NCBI GenBank assembly: GCA_050949565.1
Contig: JBMNFY010000006.1
Coordinates: forward strand, 128,001-192,000
Source of the DNA: Kiritimatiellia bacterium
Lineage (GTDB): Bacteria; Verrucomicrobiota; Kiritimatiellia; RFP12; UBA1067
Direction of reading: 5' to 3'
DNA: 64,000 nt
This document shows, piece by piece, positions 49,601 to 59,497 of the stretch. The position numbers and the translations under genes are program-made. The notes below the pieces were generated by a model. It searched no databases. It was given only the letters and a program-made list of their open reading frames with translations, and had not been told where the DNA came from. Numbering within the stretch: position 1 is the stretch's first letter; each line of letters begins with the position of its first letter.

Positions 49601-51606
49601 GTCATCTGCTGCGTGTGGATCACACCGGGGGCGCGGTCGGTCTGCCACAGCAGCCTGACGGATTCGGGGTCATAGAGCCCGAGTGGTTCGAGTGTACAGG
49701 TGACGCGGTACGCAGTCTGCGTGTCGTACGTGTTGATGAGCGGTTCGTGCGTGATGACGGGCGGCACGATGTTGAGGGCTGGCGCGAAGGAGAGCGCGGG
49801 GTCACCGAAAAGGTTAAGTTCGTAGTAGACCCAGCGCCAGTGGTTCGCGGCATACGGAACCAGCATGTGCAGATTGGCGCGACGCGATGCTTCGTTGATG
49901 GCGCCCAGACGTGTGGCCGTGCCGCGCAGGGCGGCATCCAGGAAGCTGCGGTGAAAGCGATGGGAATGGCCGCCGATCACGCCGACGAATTCCCAGCCCG
50001 CCCGCGCATTCATGACAGCGGCGCAGGCGGCGTTGCTGACCGTGACGATCTGTTCGGCGAAGCAGTCCGGCCTGTCGAAGGCGCCACAGTCACAGGCTTG
50101 CGAGTAGATGAAGTAGGGGAGCGAGTTGGTGAAGGCGGCAACGGTGGCCTGATGGTTGGTTTTTGAAAGTGGTATTTTCATGCAGGTCGTGGCGCTGCCG
50201 TGACCGAGGTGATTGATCGAGAAGTAGTCGCGGTTGAGGTGGTTCAGTGCGTCTGTGGTGTCCCATAGGCCGAGATCCGAATCGTAGAGCGTATGTGACG
50301 TGTCGAAGACATCGGCGTAGGGCGAGTTCTCATAACCCATGGAAACGAGGGCGTAAGTGTTGGTTCCCCATCGCAGCTCTTCCATAAAGCCGGTGGCGTA
50401 AACGACCGATCCAAAGTTCACCTTTTCGGCCAGAAAGGCGTTGGGCGCGAGTTCGGCGGCTGTCGCGCTTTCATGGCGCAGTGTTTTACGCACCATATGG
50501 GCGAGTTCGTCCGTCGTGGCCACCGGGAAGCGACCGACCATGATCTCAGCGATCAGATCAACATCTTTGCCGTTGAGACCATCGGTAATCTCCCCGTAGC
50601 GACCGTTGCCGTTGCCATCGAAGGGGCCGTCGAGGCAACCGTAGTAGATGGCATCGGAGGGAATCTCGGCGGTCACCGTGGAGAGGATGTCGGTAACCGA
50701 GATATACAACTTGCGCGCCGGGATGAGGTCGAACGTGCCGACGATCAACAGGTCGCGGATGCCCCATTGCGCGTAGGCTTCTTGCAGGAAGGCGCGGATT
50801 TTGGCGGGGAGGTCAGGGCCGTCGTACTGCGCGGCGACCCATTCGACGGTCACGAGGCCGGGCGCGTAGCCGGAGCGTGCGCGCGCCTCGCAGAGGGCTT
50901 GCAGGTTCCAGGGACCTGGGGCGTGATGAATCAGGTTCGAGGTGGAGAGCACCAGATAGGTACAGGGCGTCTCCGGCGAAAGTTCAAACGCGGCGGGCGG
51001 CGTCATGGCGCGGCGCGTGCCGCCCAGCGCCTGCGCGAGACGCGGCGGCGGTGCGGGCGGGAGCGGGGGGGCAGGGCGGAGGGACACGGTGACGGCGAGG
51101 CTTTCCGCCGCGAGCAGACGGCGGGCGGCAGGCAGGTAGCGCACCGGATAGAGCGGGACACTGAGCAGCGCGGCGTCGCGGCAGCGATCAACGCGCCAGG
51201 TAGTAAGCGTAAGGTCGGGGTAGGGGTCGGTCTGGGCGTAGACGGCTGCGTCGGGGCCGATGGCCGGGGCAGGCGGTGCGCCGGGGATGCGCGGCGGCTG
51301 CCCCCACTCCAGTGGGCCGGGAAGTGGCAACTCGTTCTCGACCAACGGCTTGATCGTTACGGTCTCAACCTCAAAGCCGTCGGGAAGCGTGAAGGTGGCG
51401 CCCCGCACCGGCAGCACCGGCAGCGCCGACCGGACATCCGGCGCGCACCCCTCCACCGTCACCCGGGAGGTGTTGTCCGCAAGCGTGATGACGGTCGGTG
51501 GCGCGAAGTGAAACACGCGCGTGAGCGTTTCGGCTGACCGTGCACATGGACTCAGGGCCAGCAAACACGCGCCGACAGTGGCGACCGGATGGAAAACACA
51601 ACGCAT
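46633..51606 (-). CDS. Large secreted C25 (gingipain-like) cysteine peptidase with multiple accessory domains
   Basis: Propeptide (LYPVRY), IPSDAIYYGCLDG, MVGRFPV, NHLGHGS (His), YSQACDCG (Cys), ELNLFGDP; DxDxDG repeats; DGGIVEIS...GWYIDDI domain. Start ATG 51606 or TTG 51642. Confidence 0.85.
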   Translation of the reverse strand: MRCVFHPVATVGACLLALSPCARSAETLTRVFHFAPPTVITLADNTSRVTVEGCAPDVRSALPVLPVRGATFTLPDGFEVETVTIKPLVENELPLPGPLEWGQPPRIPGAPPAPAIGPDAAVYAQTDPYPDLTLTTWRVDRCRDAALLSVPLYPVRYLPAARRLLAAESLAVTVSLRPAPPLPPAPPPRLAQALGGTRRAMTPPAAFELSPETPCTYLVLSTSNLIHHAPGPWNLQALCEARARSGYAPGLVTVEWVAAQYDGPDLPAKIRAFLQEAYAQWGIRDLLIVGTFDLIPARKLYISVTDILSTVTAEIPSDAIYYGCLDGPFDGNGNGRYGEITDGLNGKDVDLIAEIMVGRFPVATTDELAHMVRKTLRHESATAAELAPNAFLAEKVNFGSVVYATGFMEELRWGTNTYALVSMGYENSPYADVFDTSHTLYDSDLGLWDTTDALNHLNRDYFSINHLGHGSATTCMKIPLSKTNHQATVAAFTNSLPYFIYSQACDCGAFDRPDCFAEQIVTVSNAACAAVMNARAGWEFVGVIGGHSHRFHRSFLDAALRGTATRLGAINEASRRANLHMLVPYAANHWRWVYYELNLFGDPALSFAPALNIVPPVITHEPLINTYDTQTAYRVTCTLEPLGLYDPESVRLLWQTDRAPGVIHTQQMTQLSGNLFEGAIAPQPARTRVTYRLTAANHAGYEGGWPADADNASFHVTDRLNLEVCGSPFDIGPVAPDYGTTYFASGLVATATAPPLVPVTDSTRYAATGFFGTGSTPQSGTNLTVSFPVATHSMLVWLWQRQHRLTLTSAHPAFPAQHLWGAEGQPLAVPPAPATLTNDPVPHVFTEWRLDGARSPSAPAACAPAYGTLSMDTPHTLEAIYLPADLDADDNGLADWWEIRYTGTNGLDSAADDDLDGFTNAEEFADRTNPLDAASVPAPPVITHEPLDEFQTRPGPFTITALITDTHAVTAAVEWRRRTDPWQTTVMTPLSNDLFTAAILDPSTPGDDVEYRITAVDPDGRVSVTETFFFFVYHPVADTSRFHDIAHVALPTQAPFSAAMNLHNTGNAPLEWSLRFARDESITTTNLLHWDWRSLGQAWQVSTNRSVSPPYALHAVLVSRRLPNTPERATITLPPSLIGANARFSFNYWIHSEVESRHSTRTFDGGIVEISADGGTTFEQLRGTYTHTIYGWACSPWPDGTPCFAGNGTEGWRTATFDLAALYPEQNGFAGRTLLFRFHYGGDNNTDREGWYIDDITLTPLLAHPAFAPDVAINTPYSTSGGYLARINWGTFPAGMTLRDDTIRVFIDSNDPVTPHAFFDWQLAIRDFPRLTAFTAAQSTDGDGLVYLAANVADDDGEPVSLAFQWSADGGAHWQTAALTNLTADFGAPLPFVPDDAVPGLPTATNRVNVTNTLAAVWPTHDVLPPPAVTTQALLRVTADNGYFQSAFTSAWFTVDNAPPSFLPGVLAFAPLSAIGTYAITTNDLTVSWPAAVDNPATNLTYQLSCAAATAEVTTVSATLCLTNALDREHLFRVVAIDPAGNRSQPLEAFLLVLDADGDIDADGMTSADEEIAGTDATDPTDRLAVSFSRTPQGTLVLVWNGVAGRLYTVETSPTLQPPAWQPLPECIDMPGTGAPLSVDLPADAPTAFFRIKVRVP

Positions 51607-51728
51607 GTAGAACAGTTTAGAGGAGTCGCACAGGCGCGACAATCACGAATTTCGACTTGGTATCCCGGCGGAGATTCAATACACTACACGCATTCGTCAT
51701 GAATCATGTACAGCAACACGGGAGGGGT

Positions 51729-52958
51729 ATGCGCGGATCATTTTTTGTATGGGCGGCGTTGGCCGGTTGCATGGCGTTGCAAATGCGGGCTGCCGATTGG
51801 ACGCAGTGGCGCGGTAGCAACCGTGATTTGATCGTTACGGGGGAAAAACTGGCCGCGACCTGGCCGGAGGGCGGTCCTAAACGGCTGTGGCTGGCCGAGT
51901 TGCCGGGCGAAGGGTATTCCGAGCCGATCGTGGCGCAAGGCACGTTGTTTGTTACCGGTAGTACCGGTGATAAGAAGAGCCGCGTGGGGCACCTGTTCGC
52001 GCTCGACCCGAAAAGCGGCGCGATCCGCTGGCAGGTGGAGTACGGGCCGGAGTGGGGGGCCTCGTATGAGTTCGCGCGTACCTCGCCGACGTTTCACGAA
52101 GGGCGTCTCTACTTGGTCGGCGGGCTCGGGCATGTGGTGTGCATTGATGCGAAAAAGGGCGATATCGTATGGCGCGTCGATAGCCATGCAGAGTTCGGCG
52201 GGCGCAACATCACGTGGGGCATCGCCGACAATCCGCTGATTTACGACGGTAAGGTGATCTGTCAGCCGGGCGGCCCGGATGCCGCCGTGGTGGCGCTCGA
52301 TATCAAAACCGGTCGGCCGGTGTGGAAGAGCAAGGGGTTGAGCGAGCGCAGCGCCTACTGTTCGCCGGCCCTGCTGACGCTCAACGGGCGGCGTCAGGTG
52401 GTCACCATGTTGGAGGATCATGTGGTGGGACTCGACGCACAGAGCGGCGAGCCGCTCTGGAAGCACCCGCACCGTAACAAACACGCGGTTCATCCCAACA
52501 CACCGGTGCTGTGCGGTAAGGATCGCATTTTCATCTCTTCGGGTTACGCCCTCGGTTCTGAGATTCTGGAGATCGCGGGTGGCACGGTCAAGCAGGTCTG
52601 GACCGATAAGTCCTCCGACAACCACTTTCAGGGCGTGGCGTTCTACAAGGGCCGTATCTTTTCGTCGGGCGGCGGGCGACTCACCTGCTTCGATCCGGCG
52701 GACGGACGCGTGGTGTACAACGTGGAGGGCGCGAAAAAAACATCTTTCTGTATCACACCCGTCGGCATGATCACGTATGACGAGCGCGGCGGGACGGTGA
52801 TGTTGGTGGAGGTCGGGGCTGACAGCCATCGGGTGATTGCCTCGTTCAAGATCGATTATGGCAACGGGCCGCACTGGTCCTCGCCAGTGATTTCGGATGG
52901 CGTTCTGTATCTGCGTCGCGGCAAGGGCATTGCCGCGTTTGCGGTGGGCGCCCAGTAG
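51729..52958 (+). CDS. PQQ-like beta-propeller repeat protein (PVC-expanded family)
   Basis: Signal peptide, DWTQWRG, GEGYSEP, repeated ALD..TG..W blades, WSSPVISDGVLYLR. Confidence 0.88.
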   Translation: MRGSFFVWAALAGCMALQMRAADWTQWRGSNRDLIVTGEKLAATWPEGGPKRLWLAELPGEGYSEPIVAQGTLFVTGSTGDKKSRVGHLFALDPKSGAIRWQVEYGPEWGASYEFARTSPTFHEGRLYLVGGLGHVVCIDAKKGDIVWRVDSHAEFGGRNITWGIADNPLIYDGKVICQPGGPDAAVVALDIKTGRPVWKSKGLSERSAYCSPALLTLNGRRQVVTMLEDHVVGLDAQSGEPLWKHPHRNKHAVHPNTPVLCGKDRIFISSGYALGSEILEIAGGTVKQVWTDKSSDNHFQGVAFYKGRIFSSGGGRLTCFDPADGRVVYNVEGAKKTSFCITPVGMITYDERGGTVMLVEVGADSHRVIASFKIDYGNGPHWSSPVISDGVLYLRRGKGIAAFAVGAQ

Positions 52959-52967
52959 GAGTTCAAC

Positions 52968-54149
52968 ATGAAACGTATGATGTGTAGAGCTGTGTTGGCG
53001 GGTGTCGCGGTTGCGGCTGTGACAGGGTGTATGACAGATAAAGGAGCGTGCAAGAAAATGAGTAAGGGATGTGAGCCTTCGGTAGTAGTTAAACCTTTTG
53101 GCAAGACCAAGGACGGCCAGTTGGTGCAGCAGTACACGTTGACCGGCGCGGGCGGCGTGGTGATGGATGTGATCGATTACGGCGGCAAGGTTGTGCGTCT
53201 GTTCACGCCGGATCGCACGGGCGCCAAGACCGACATTACGCTGGGCTTTAATGATGTCGCGGGCTATGAGACGCACGACCCTTATTTCGGTTCGCTGATC
53301 GGACGCTACGGCAACCGTATCGCGAACGGCAAGTTTGTTCTGGACGGCAAGACCTATACCCTGCCGACCAACAACGATCCGGGCGGGATGCCCTGTTCGT
53401 TGCACGGCGGCAAGCGGGGCTTCGATGCCTATGTGTGGGACAGCGAGCCGCTTTCTGACGGTCGGACCGTGGGCGTGCAGTTCAAGATGCGCAGCCCCGA
53501 CGGTGACCAAGGTTATCCTGGCAATCTGGACGTGACCGTGCGCTACTGGCTCACGCCGGAGAATGTGTGGCGCATCGAGTATGAGGCGGTGACCGACAAG
53601 GCGACGCCGGTCAACCTGACCCAGCACCTCTATTTCAACTTCAAGGGCGAGGCTGAAGGCACGATCCTGGATCATGAATTGACGCTCATGGCGGACCGCA
53701 TGACGCCGGTCAACAAAGGCCTGATCCCCACCGGCGAGGTGGTGCCGGTCAAAGGCACGCCGTTTGATTTCACGACGCCTTGGCCGATCGGCGCGCGTAT
53801 CAAGGCTGATAACGAACAGCTTCGCTTCGGCGGCGGCTACGACCACAACTGGGTGCTGAACAACCAGAGCGGCAAACTCGCGCCAGCCGCCGCGCTCTAT
53901 GAGAAGACCACAGGGCGTTACATGGAGGTGTGGACCACCGAGCCCGCGATCCAGTTCTACTGTGGCAACTTCCTGACTGATCAGGTGCCCAGCAAAAAGC
54001 CGGGCAAGAACCTCTGTTACCGCGGCGGCTTGGCACTTGAGACGCAGCACTCGCCCGACTCGCCTAATCAGCCGGCGTTCCCGTCGACGATCCTGCGCCC
54101 CGGCGCGGTCTATAAATCAACGACTGAGTACCGCTTCGGCGTCAGGTAA
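52968..54149 (+). CDS. galM: Aldose 1-epimerase (mutarotase), predicted lipoprotein
   Basis: IGRYGNRIA, SLHGG, GYPGNL, NLTQHLYFN, GGYDHNW, ALETQH; lipobox VTGC. Confidence 0.93.
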   Translation: MKRMMCRAVLAGVAVAAVTGCMTDKGACKKMSKGCEPSVVVKPFGKTKDGQLVQQYTLTGAGGVVMDVIDYGGKVVRLFTPDRTGAKTDITLGFNDVAGYETHDPYFGSLIGRYGNRIANGKFVLDGKTYTLPTNNDPGGMPCSLHGGKRGFDAYVWDSEPLSDGRTVGVQFKMRSPDGDQGYPGNLDVTVRYWLTPENVWRIEYEAVTDKATPVNLTQHLYFNFKGEAEGTILDHELTLMADRMTPVNKGLIPTGEVVPVKGTPFDFTTPWPIGARIKADNEQLRFGGGYDHNWVLNNQSGKLAPAAALYEKTTGRYMEVWTTEPAIQFYCGNFLTDQVPSKKPGKNLCYRGGLALETQHSPDSPNQPAFPSTILRPGAVYKSTTEYRFGVR

Positions 54150-54169
54150 GCGAAAGCAAGGAGAGAACA

Positions 54170-56005
54170 ATGGGTATCCTAGACATTGTCATTTTTGTGG
54201 GATTCATCGCGGCGGTGATCGGCGTCGGTCTCTGGAAGAGCAAGAGTGCGCAGAGTCAAGATAGCGACGCTGCAGATTACTTTCTGGCGGGACGTGGGCT
54301 GACCTGGTGGTTGATCGGCATCTCGCTGATCGCGGCCAACATTTCGGCGGAGCAGTTTGTCGGTATGTCCGGTCAAGCCGCATCCTATCTGGGCATCGCA
54401 ATCGCCAGTTACGAGTGGATGGCGGCGGTTACGCTGGTCTTTGTGGCGTTCGCCTTTTTGCCCTATTTCTTGAGGACGGGGATCTACACGATTCCTGGTT
54501 TTCTTGAGCACCGCTATAACAAACATGCGCGCTCGATCATGGCCCTCTTCATGATGGTGATCTTGGTCGGCGTGTCGCTGTGCGGTGTGATCTATGCCGG
54601 CGCGTTGCCGATGCGTGACCTGCTGGCGCACGCGGGAGTGAAGGTGTCGCTGGTGGCCTGTTGCTGGATCATGGGCGTGCTGGCCGCCGGTTATGTGGCG
54701 GCAGGCGGCCTCAAAGCCTGCGCGTGGGCCGACCTGATGCAGGGCACGGCGTTGACCCTTGGCGGCGCGTTGATCGCCTTTTTCGCGTTTCAGGCGTTGG
54801 GTGTCGCCAACGTTGCCGAACTGGCGCACGGGGTCGGCGCGACCACCGCGCCCAACGCGGTGCCGCCAGTGGTGACGGCTGAGATGGGGGCGTTCCAGCG
54901 CTTCTTTACGCTCAATGCCGACAAGCTTCACATGTTCCTGCCCAAGACCGATACCATCATTCCGTGGACGGCGCTCTGCCTGGGGCTCTGGATTCCCAAC
55001 ATCTACTACTGGGGCTTGAACCAGTACATCACGCAGCGCACGCTCGGTTCGGCCTCGCTGGCTGAGGGCCAGAAGGGTATTGTTTTCGCGGCGGCGCTGA
55101 AACTGCTGATCCCCTTCATCATCGTTTTCCCCGGCATCATTGCTTTCAACCTGTTTGACAAGGACATGGCGGACAGCGCGGTTGCCGACTATGTAGTTGC
55201 GCACGAGGCGGGCGTCAAAAAGGATCTCGGTTTCACCGTGCTCGCACCCTCCGAAGCGTGGCAGGCGAAAAATGCGGACAAGATGCCGATCGTGACGGCC
55301 TACAACGCGGAGGTGACCACCAAGGCCGCCGCTGCGCAGAAGAGCACGACCGTCGCGTACAAGAGCGATACCGCGCTGGGCCTGCTGATCGCCAAGCTGT
55401 GCATGGGCAAGAAGGGGCTCTTCGGGTTCATCATCGCGGCACTGCTGGGTGCGATTGTCTCGTCGCTCGCCGCCGTGCTCAATGCGGCCTCCACGATCTT
55501 CGCGATCGACATCTACAGCGAGTACATCAACAAGCAGGCTTCGCAAAAGCAGCTCGTTGCGATCGGTCGCATCAGCGTGGGTGTCTTCGTGGTCATCGGT
55601 TGCGTGGTGGCGCCGTTGCTGGACGATCCGAAGTTCGGCGGCATCTTCACCTACATCCAAGAGTTCCAAGGCTATGTCTCGCCTGGCGTTCTGGCGGTCT
55701 TTATTTTCGGCCTGCTCAACCGGACAGCAAGCGGTGCGACCGGTGTGACGGGGCTGTTGCTGAACCCGGTGCTCTACTACCTCTTCAAGCGTTATCTGCC
55801 GCAACTCGACTTCCTCAACCGCATGGCGCTCTGCATGATCATCGTGCTGGCGGTCATGACAGTGATGGGGTTTGTGACCCGGCTGCCCAAGCCGGTGGTG
55901 TTCCAATCCAACACGCAGATCAATCTGGAAAGTTCGAAGGGCGCCAAGTGGGGCGGCATCGCAGTGGTGATCGCAACGGCGATCCTGTACATCATCTTCC
56001 GTTAG
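54170..56005 (+). CDS. Sodium:solute (sugar) symporter, SSS family
   Basis: YFLAGRGL, SLIAANISAEQFVGMSG, YWGLNQYITQR, AIVSSLAAVLNAAST. Confidence 0.93.
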   Translation: MGILDIVIFVGFIAAVIGVGLWKSKSAQSQDSDAADYFLAGRGLTWWLIGISLIAANISAEQFVGMSGQAASYLGIAIASYEWMAAVTLVFVAFAFLPYFLRTGIYTIPGFLEHRYNKHARSIMALFMMVILVGVSLCGVIYAGALPMRDLLAHAGVKVSLVACCWIMGVLAAGYVAAGGLKACAWADLMQGTALTLGGALIAFFAFQALGVANVAELAHGVGATTAPNAVPPVVTAEMGAFQRFFTLNADKLHMFLPKTDTIIPWTALCLGLWIPNIYYWGLNQYITQRTLGSASLAEGQKGIVFAAALKLLIPFIIVFPGIIAFNLFDKDMADSAVADYVVAHEAGVKKDLGFTVLAPSEAWQAKNADKMPIVTAYNAEVTTKAAAAQKSTTVAYKSDTALGLLIAKLCMGKKGLFGFIIAALLGAIVSSLAAVLNAASTIFAIDIYSEYINKQASQKQLVAIGRISVGVFVVIGCVVAPLLDDPKFGGIFTYIQEFQGYVSPGVLAVFIFGLLNRTASGATGVTGLLLNPVLYYLFKRYLPQLDFLNRMALCMIIVLAVMTVMGFVTRLPKPVVFQSNTQINLESSKGAKWGGIAVVIATAILYIIFR

Positions 56006-56174
56006 TGCCTTGCGGCTCGACGGGCACGATAAAAAACAAGTTGTTTGTTTAACGCAGAGGCGCAGAGGCGCAGAGGTTTTTTGGGGGTAACGCGCTCCCG
56101 GACAAACTAATGCACTCATGCACTAATTAACTAATTAACTTGGGTTGCGGGCTTCGCCCGCATTAGGAGGTTTT

Positions 56175-56738
56175 ATGGCTGAAGGAAGCAAGGTGGCGGA
56201 GCGCGTGCGGAATTACCGTGAGCGCTTGTCGATGACGATCGAAACCCTGGCCGAAAAGTCCGGGGTCAGCGCAGAGGTGATCACGGCGGTCGAAGCCGGT
56301 GAGGTCTACCCCGCGTTGGGGGTGCTGGTCAAACTTTCGCGGGCGCTGGGCCAGCGCCTCGGAACCTTCATGGACGACCAGTACAAGGACGACCCATTGA
56401 TCGTCCGCGCCGGCGAACGTTCCGGCGAGCAGGTCTCGCATAAGGCGCAGGCGTCCGGCGGGTTCGTCTACATGCCGCTAGGGCGCGGCAAGACCGACCG
56501 CCACATGGAGCCGTTCTATATCCAGATTGCCGGGGATGCCCAAGCGCATTTCTCATCGCACGAAGGTGAGGAGTTTATCATCGTCATGGAAGGCGAGATC
56601 GAGCTGGTTTATGGCGAAGAGACGCATCTGCTCAAGTCCGGCGATTCGGCTTACTACAACTCAGTCGTGCAACACCGGGTCTCTGCCGCGAATGGCCAGC
56701 CGGCCACGATCTACGCGGTGATCTTTATGCCGTTCTAA
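56175..56738 (+). CDS. XRE-family HTH plus cupin transcriptional regulator
   Basis: AGGAGG RBS; N-terminal HTH, MEPF, HEGEEF, GDSAYYNS..H. Confidence 0.92.
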   Translation: MAEGSKVAERVRNYRERLSMTIETLAEKSGVSAEVITAVEAGEVYPALGVLVKLSRALGQRLGTFMDDQYKDDPLIVRAGERSGEQVSHKAQASGGFVYMPLGRGKTDRHMEPFYIQIAGDAQAHFSSHEGEEFIIVMEGEIELVYGEETHLLKSGDSAYYNSVVQHRVSAANGQPATIYAVIFMPF

Positions 56739-56754
56739 TGCGCGGAGCCGTATA

Positions 56755-58497
56755 ATGGAGAAAGATTTGTTTAAGTTGACCGATCCCTTTGGCAGTGCGC
56801 CGAGCCGACCGCCCTTCAAGCAGTCGGTCTCAACTGGAGTGCCGTGGAATAACCTGCCGATCACGCGGGACTACACACTGGGGCAGTTGCTCGATCAGAC
56901 GATTGCGCGCTGCGGTCCGCAGGATGCCTTGGTCTATGCCGACCGCGACTTCCGCTTGACGTGGTACGAGTTCGGCGAAGAGGTCGACCGGCTGGCCCGC
57001 GGCCTGATGACGCTGGGCGTCAAGCGCGGCGAGAAGGTCGCGCTGTGGGCCACCAACGTCCCGCACTGGATCCCGCTGATGTTTGCGACCGCCAAGATCG
57101 GCGCCATTCTGCTGCCGCTCAATACGAACTACAAGTCGGCGGAGATTGACTTCGCGCTCAAGCAGTCGGACACCGAAAACCTCTTTCTGATCAACGGGTT
57201 TCGCGACACGGACTACGTACAGACGCTTTATGACTTGATTCCTGAACTGCGGGAGCAGCCGCGCGGCCAACTTGTGTCCAAGAACTACCCGTGTCTGAAG
57301 CGCGTCTTTTTCTTGGGTCCAGAAAAGCACCGCGGCATGTACTCGGTCAATGAAGTTTTCGCGCTGGCCGTGCAGACGCCGCAGGCCGAATATGAGGCCC
57401 GCCAACGTGAAGTAAGCTGCCATGATGTCGTGAACATGCAGTATACTTCCGGCACCACCGGTTTTCCCAAGGGGGTGCAGCTCACGCACTACAACATTGC
57501 GAACGACGGTTTCTGGATCGGTGCGTGCCAGAATCTCTCGGCGGTGGATCGCGTGTGTATTCCTGTGCCGCTCTTCCACTGTTTCGGCTGCGTGTTGGGT
57601 GTGATGGCTTGCGTCAACCATGGCGCGACCATGGTGCTGGTGGAAAAATACGATCCCGTCAACGTCATGATGTCGGTCGAAAAAGAGCGCTGTACCGCTG
57701 TGTACGGGGTGCCGACCATGTACATTGCCATACTCGACCACCCGCTCTTCGATAAGTTTGATTTTTCCACCTTGCGTACCGGCTTGATGTCCGGCTCGCC
57801 CTGTCCGGTCAAGCGCATGCAGCAGTGTGTGGATCAGATGTACATGCGCGAAGTCTCGATTCCGTACGGGCTGACCGAGACCGGCCCGGTGATGACGCAG
57901 ACCCGTTATTTCGAGCCGAGTCTCGAGCGCAAGTGTACGACCATCGGTCAGGCGCTGCCCGGCATCGAGGTCGCAATCATCAATCCCGAGACCGGCGAAC
58001 TCTGCGCCATCAACGAGCCGGGCGAGATCTGCTGCCGTGGCTACAACGTGATGGCCGGCTACTACAAAGAACCGGAAATGACCGCCAAATGTATCGATGC
58101 CAACGGCTGGGCGCACTCGGGCGACATCGGCCACATGGACGAACAGGGTTACTACTTCATCACTGGACGTCTGAAAGACCTGATTATCCGTGGTGGCGAA
58201 AACATCTCGCCCAAAGAGGTCGAGGATTTCATCGGCCACATGCCGGGGGTGCAGGACGTGCAGATTGTGGGTGTCCCCAGCAAAAAATATGGCGAGCAGC
58301 CCGGTGCTTTTGTCATCCCCATGCCGGACGCGGAGATTACCGAGCAGGATGTCGAGGATTATTGCCGCAACAAGATCGCCTGGTTCAAAATCCCGAAGTA
58401 CATCCACTTCTTGGAGAGCTACCCGCAGACCGCCAGCGGCAAGATCCAGAAATACAAGCTGCGCGAATTGGCCGCACAGCTCTGGCCGGACGCATGA
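56755..58497 (+). CDS. AMP-binding acyl-CoA synthetase
   Basis: QYTSGTTGFPKGV, YGLTE, HSGD, GRLKDLIIRGGEN, TASGKIQK. Confidence 0.93.
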   Translation: MEKDLFKLTDPFGSAPSRPPFKQSVSTGVPWNNLPITRDYTLGQLLDQTIARCGPQDALVYADRDFRLTWYEFGEEVDRLARGLMTLGVKRGEKVALWATNVPHWIPLMFATAKIGAILLPLNTNYKSAEIDFALKQSDTENLFLINGFRDTDYVQTLYDLIPELREQPRGQLVSKNYPCLKRVFFLGPEKHRGMYSVNEVFALAVQTPQAEYEARQREVSCHDVVNMQYTSGTTGFPKGVQLTHYNIANDGFWIGACQNLSAVDRVCIPVPLFHCFGCVLGVMACVNHGATMVLVEKYDPVNVMMSVEKERCTAVYGVPTMYIAILDHPLFDKFDFSTLRTGLMSGSPCPVKRMQQCVDQMYMREVSIPYGLTETGPVMTQTRYFEPSLERKCTTIGQALPGIEVAIINPETGELCAINEPGEICCRGYNVMAGYYKEPEMTAKCIDANGWAHSGDIGHMDEQGYYFITGRLKDLIIRGGENISPKEVEDFIGHMPGVQDVQIVGVPSKKYGEQPGAFVIPMPDAEITEQDVEDYCRNKIAWFKIPKYIHFLESYPQTASGKIQKYKLRELAAQLWPDA

Positions 58498-58661
58498 GAG
58501 AGTGAATAGTGAATAACGAATAACTAATCTCGCTGTGCGCTGGGAGGGACAAGCGTCTGCTTGTCCGGCGGCGGCTCAGCCACCGCTTTTGTGAACGCTC
58601 AACTTCAACTCTCAATGTTCAACATGATGGACAGGATAAGAGGACGTAGGCTTGGTGATGT

Positions 58662-59477
58662 ATGACAGCGGACTTTTTTGCAGGACTTGAGCGCTTATAC
58701 ACAAGCTACGTTGAGTCATTCCGGAACGCCGACGGCGTTTTGCCGGAAATGATCGGGCTTAAGTTGCGGCATACGCGCGGTGTGGTTGATAATGCCGCCT
58801 TGATAGCGGAAGGGGAGGGGTGGTCTTCTGAAGACGCTTTCATGGGGCGGGCGGGTGCGCTGCTGCACGACACGGGGCGGTATTCACAGTGGCAAGAGTT
58901 CGGAACATTTCAAGACTCGAAGTCGGTCGATCATGCGCAGCGGGGCGTCGAGGTCATCACGCGGGAAGGCTGGCTCTCCGGCTTGACGGCGGCAGAGCGC
59001 AAGATGGTGCTTGCGGCAGTCGCGGTACACAACCGCAAAGAGTTGCCGGATGGGCTCGACGCTAAGACTGCCGCACAGGCGCACTTGGTACGGGATGCGG
59101 ACAAGCTGGACATTTTACGCGTATTTGAGACGGCCGTAGCGGACGGGATGTTGAACCGCAATCCTGAGATGGCGTGGGAGTTGCGGATGGATGGGCCACC
59201 TTCACCGGATGTTTTACAGGCGGTTGCCGCCGGAGTTAGCATTGATTACGCGCAGGTCAAATCTCTGGCGGATTTCATCCTGATTCAGGTAGGATGGCTG
59301 CCGTGCGGCTTTCATTACAACACAGCTTTACGACTGGCCGCAGAGCGCAAGGCACTCGAATTCCGAGAAAGCTTTTTAACTGAACGATGCGGACATGATG
59401 TCTTTGAAGCGTGTTTTAGCAGGGTGAGGCGGCGGATGTCCATGCGTTTGGCCGCGACGGAGGCTGTTGGCTACTGA
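58662..59477 (+). CDS. HD-domain phosphohydrolase
   Basis: KLRHT, LLHDTGRY, DHA, HN, RDADKLD. Confidence 0.88.
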   Translation: MTADFFAGLERLYTSYVESFRNADGVLPEMIGLKLRHTRGVVDNAALIAEGEGWSSEDAFMGRAGALLHDTGRYSQWQEFGTFQDSKSVDHAQRGVEVITREGWLSGLTAAERKMVLAAVAVHNRKELPDGLDAKTAAQAHLVRDADKLDILRVFETAVADGMLNRNPEMAWELRMDGPPSPDVLQAVAAGVSIDYAQVKSLADFILIQVGWLPCGFHYNTALRLAAERKALEFRESFLTERCGHDVFEACFSRVRRRMSMRLAATEAVGY

Positions 59478-59497
59478 TAAGGACGCGGAGGACAAAA

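Noticed and set aside
51738-58407. Long minus-strand ORFs of 770, 646 and 525 aa
   Set aside because: Antisense shadows of the propeller/galM, SSS and acyl-CoA synthetase genes, which have clear motifs on the plus strand.
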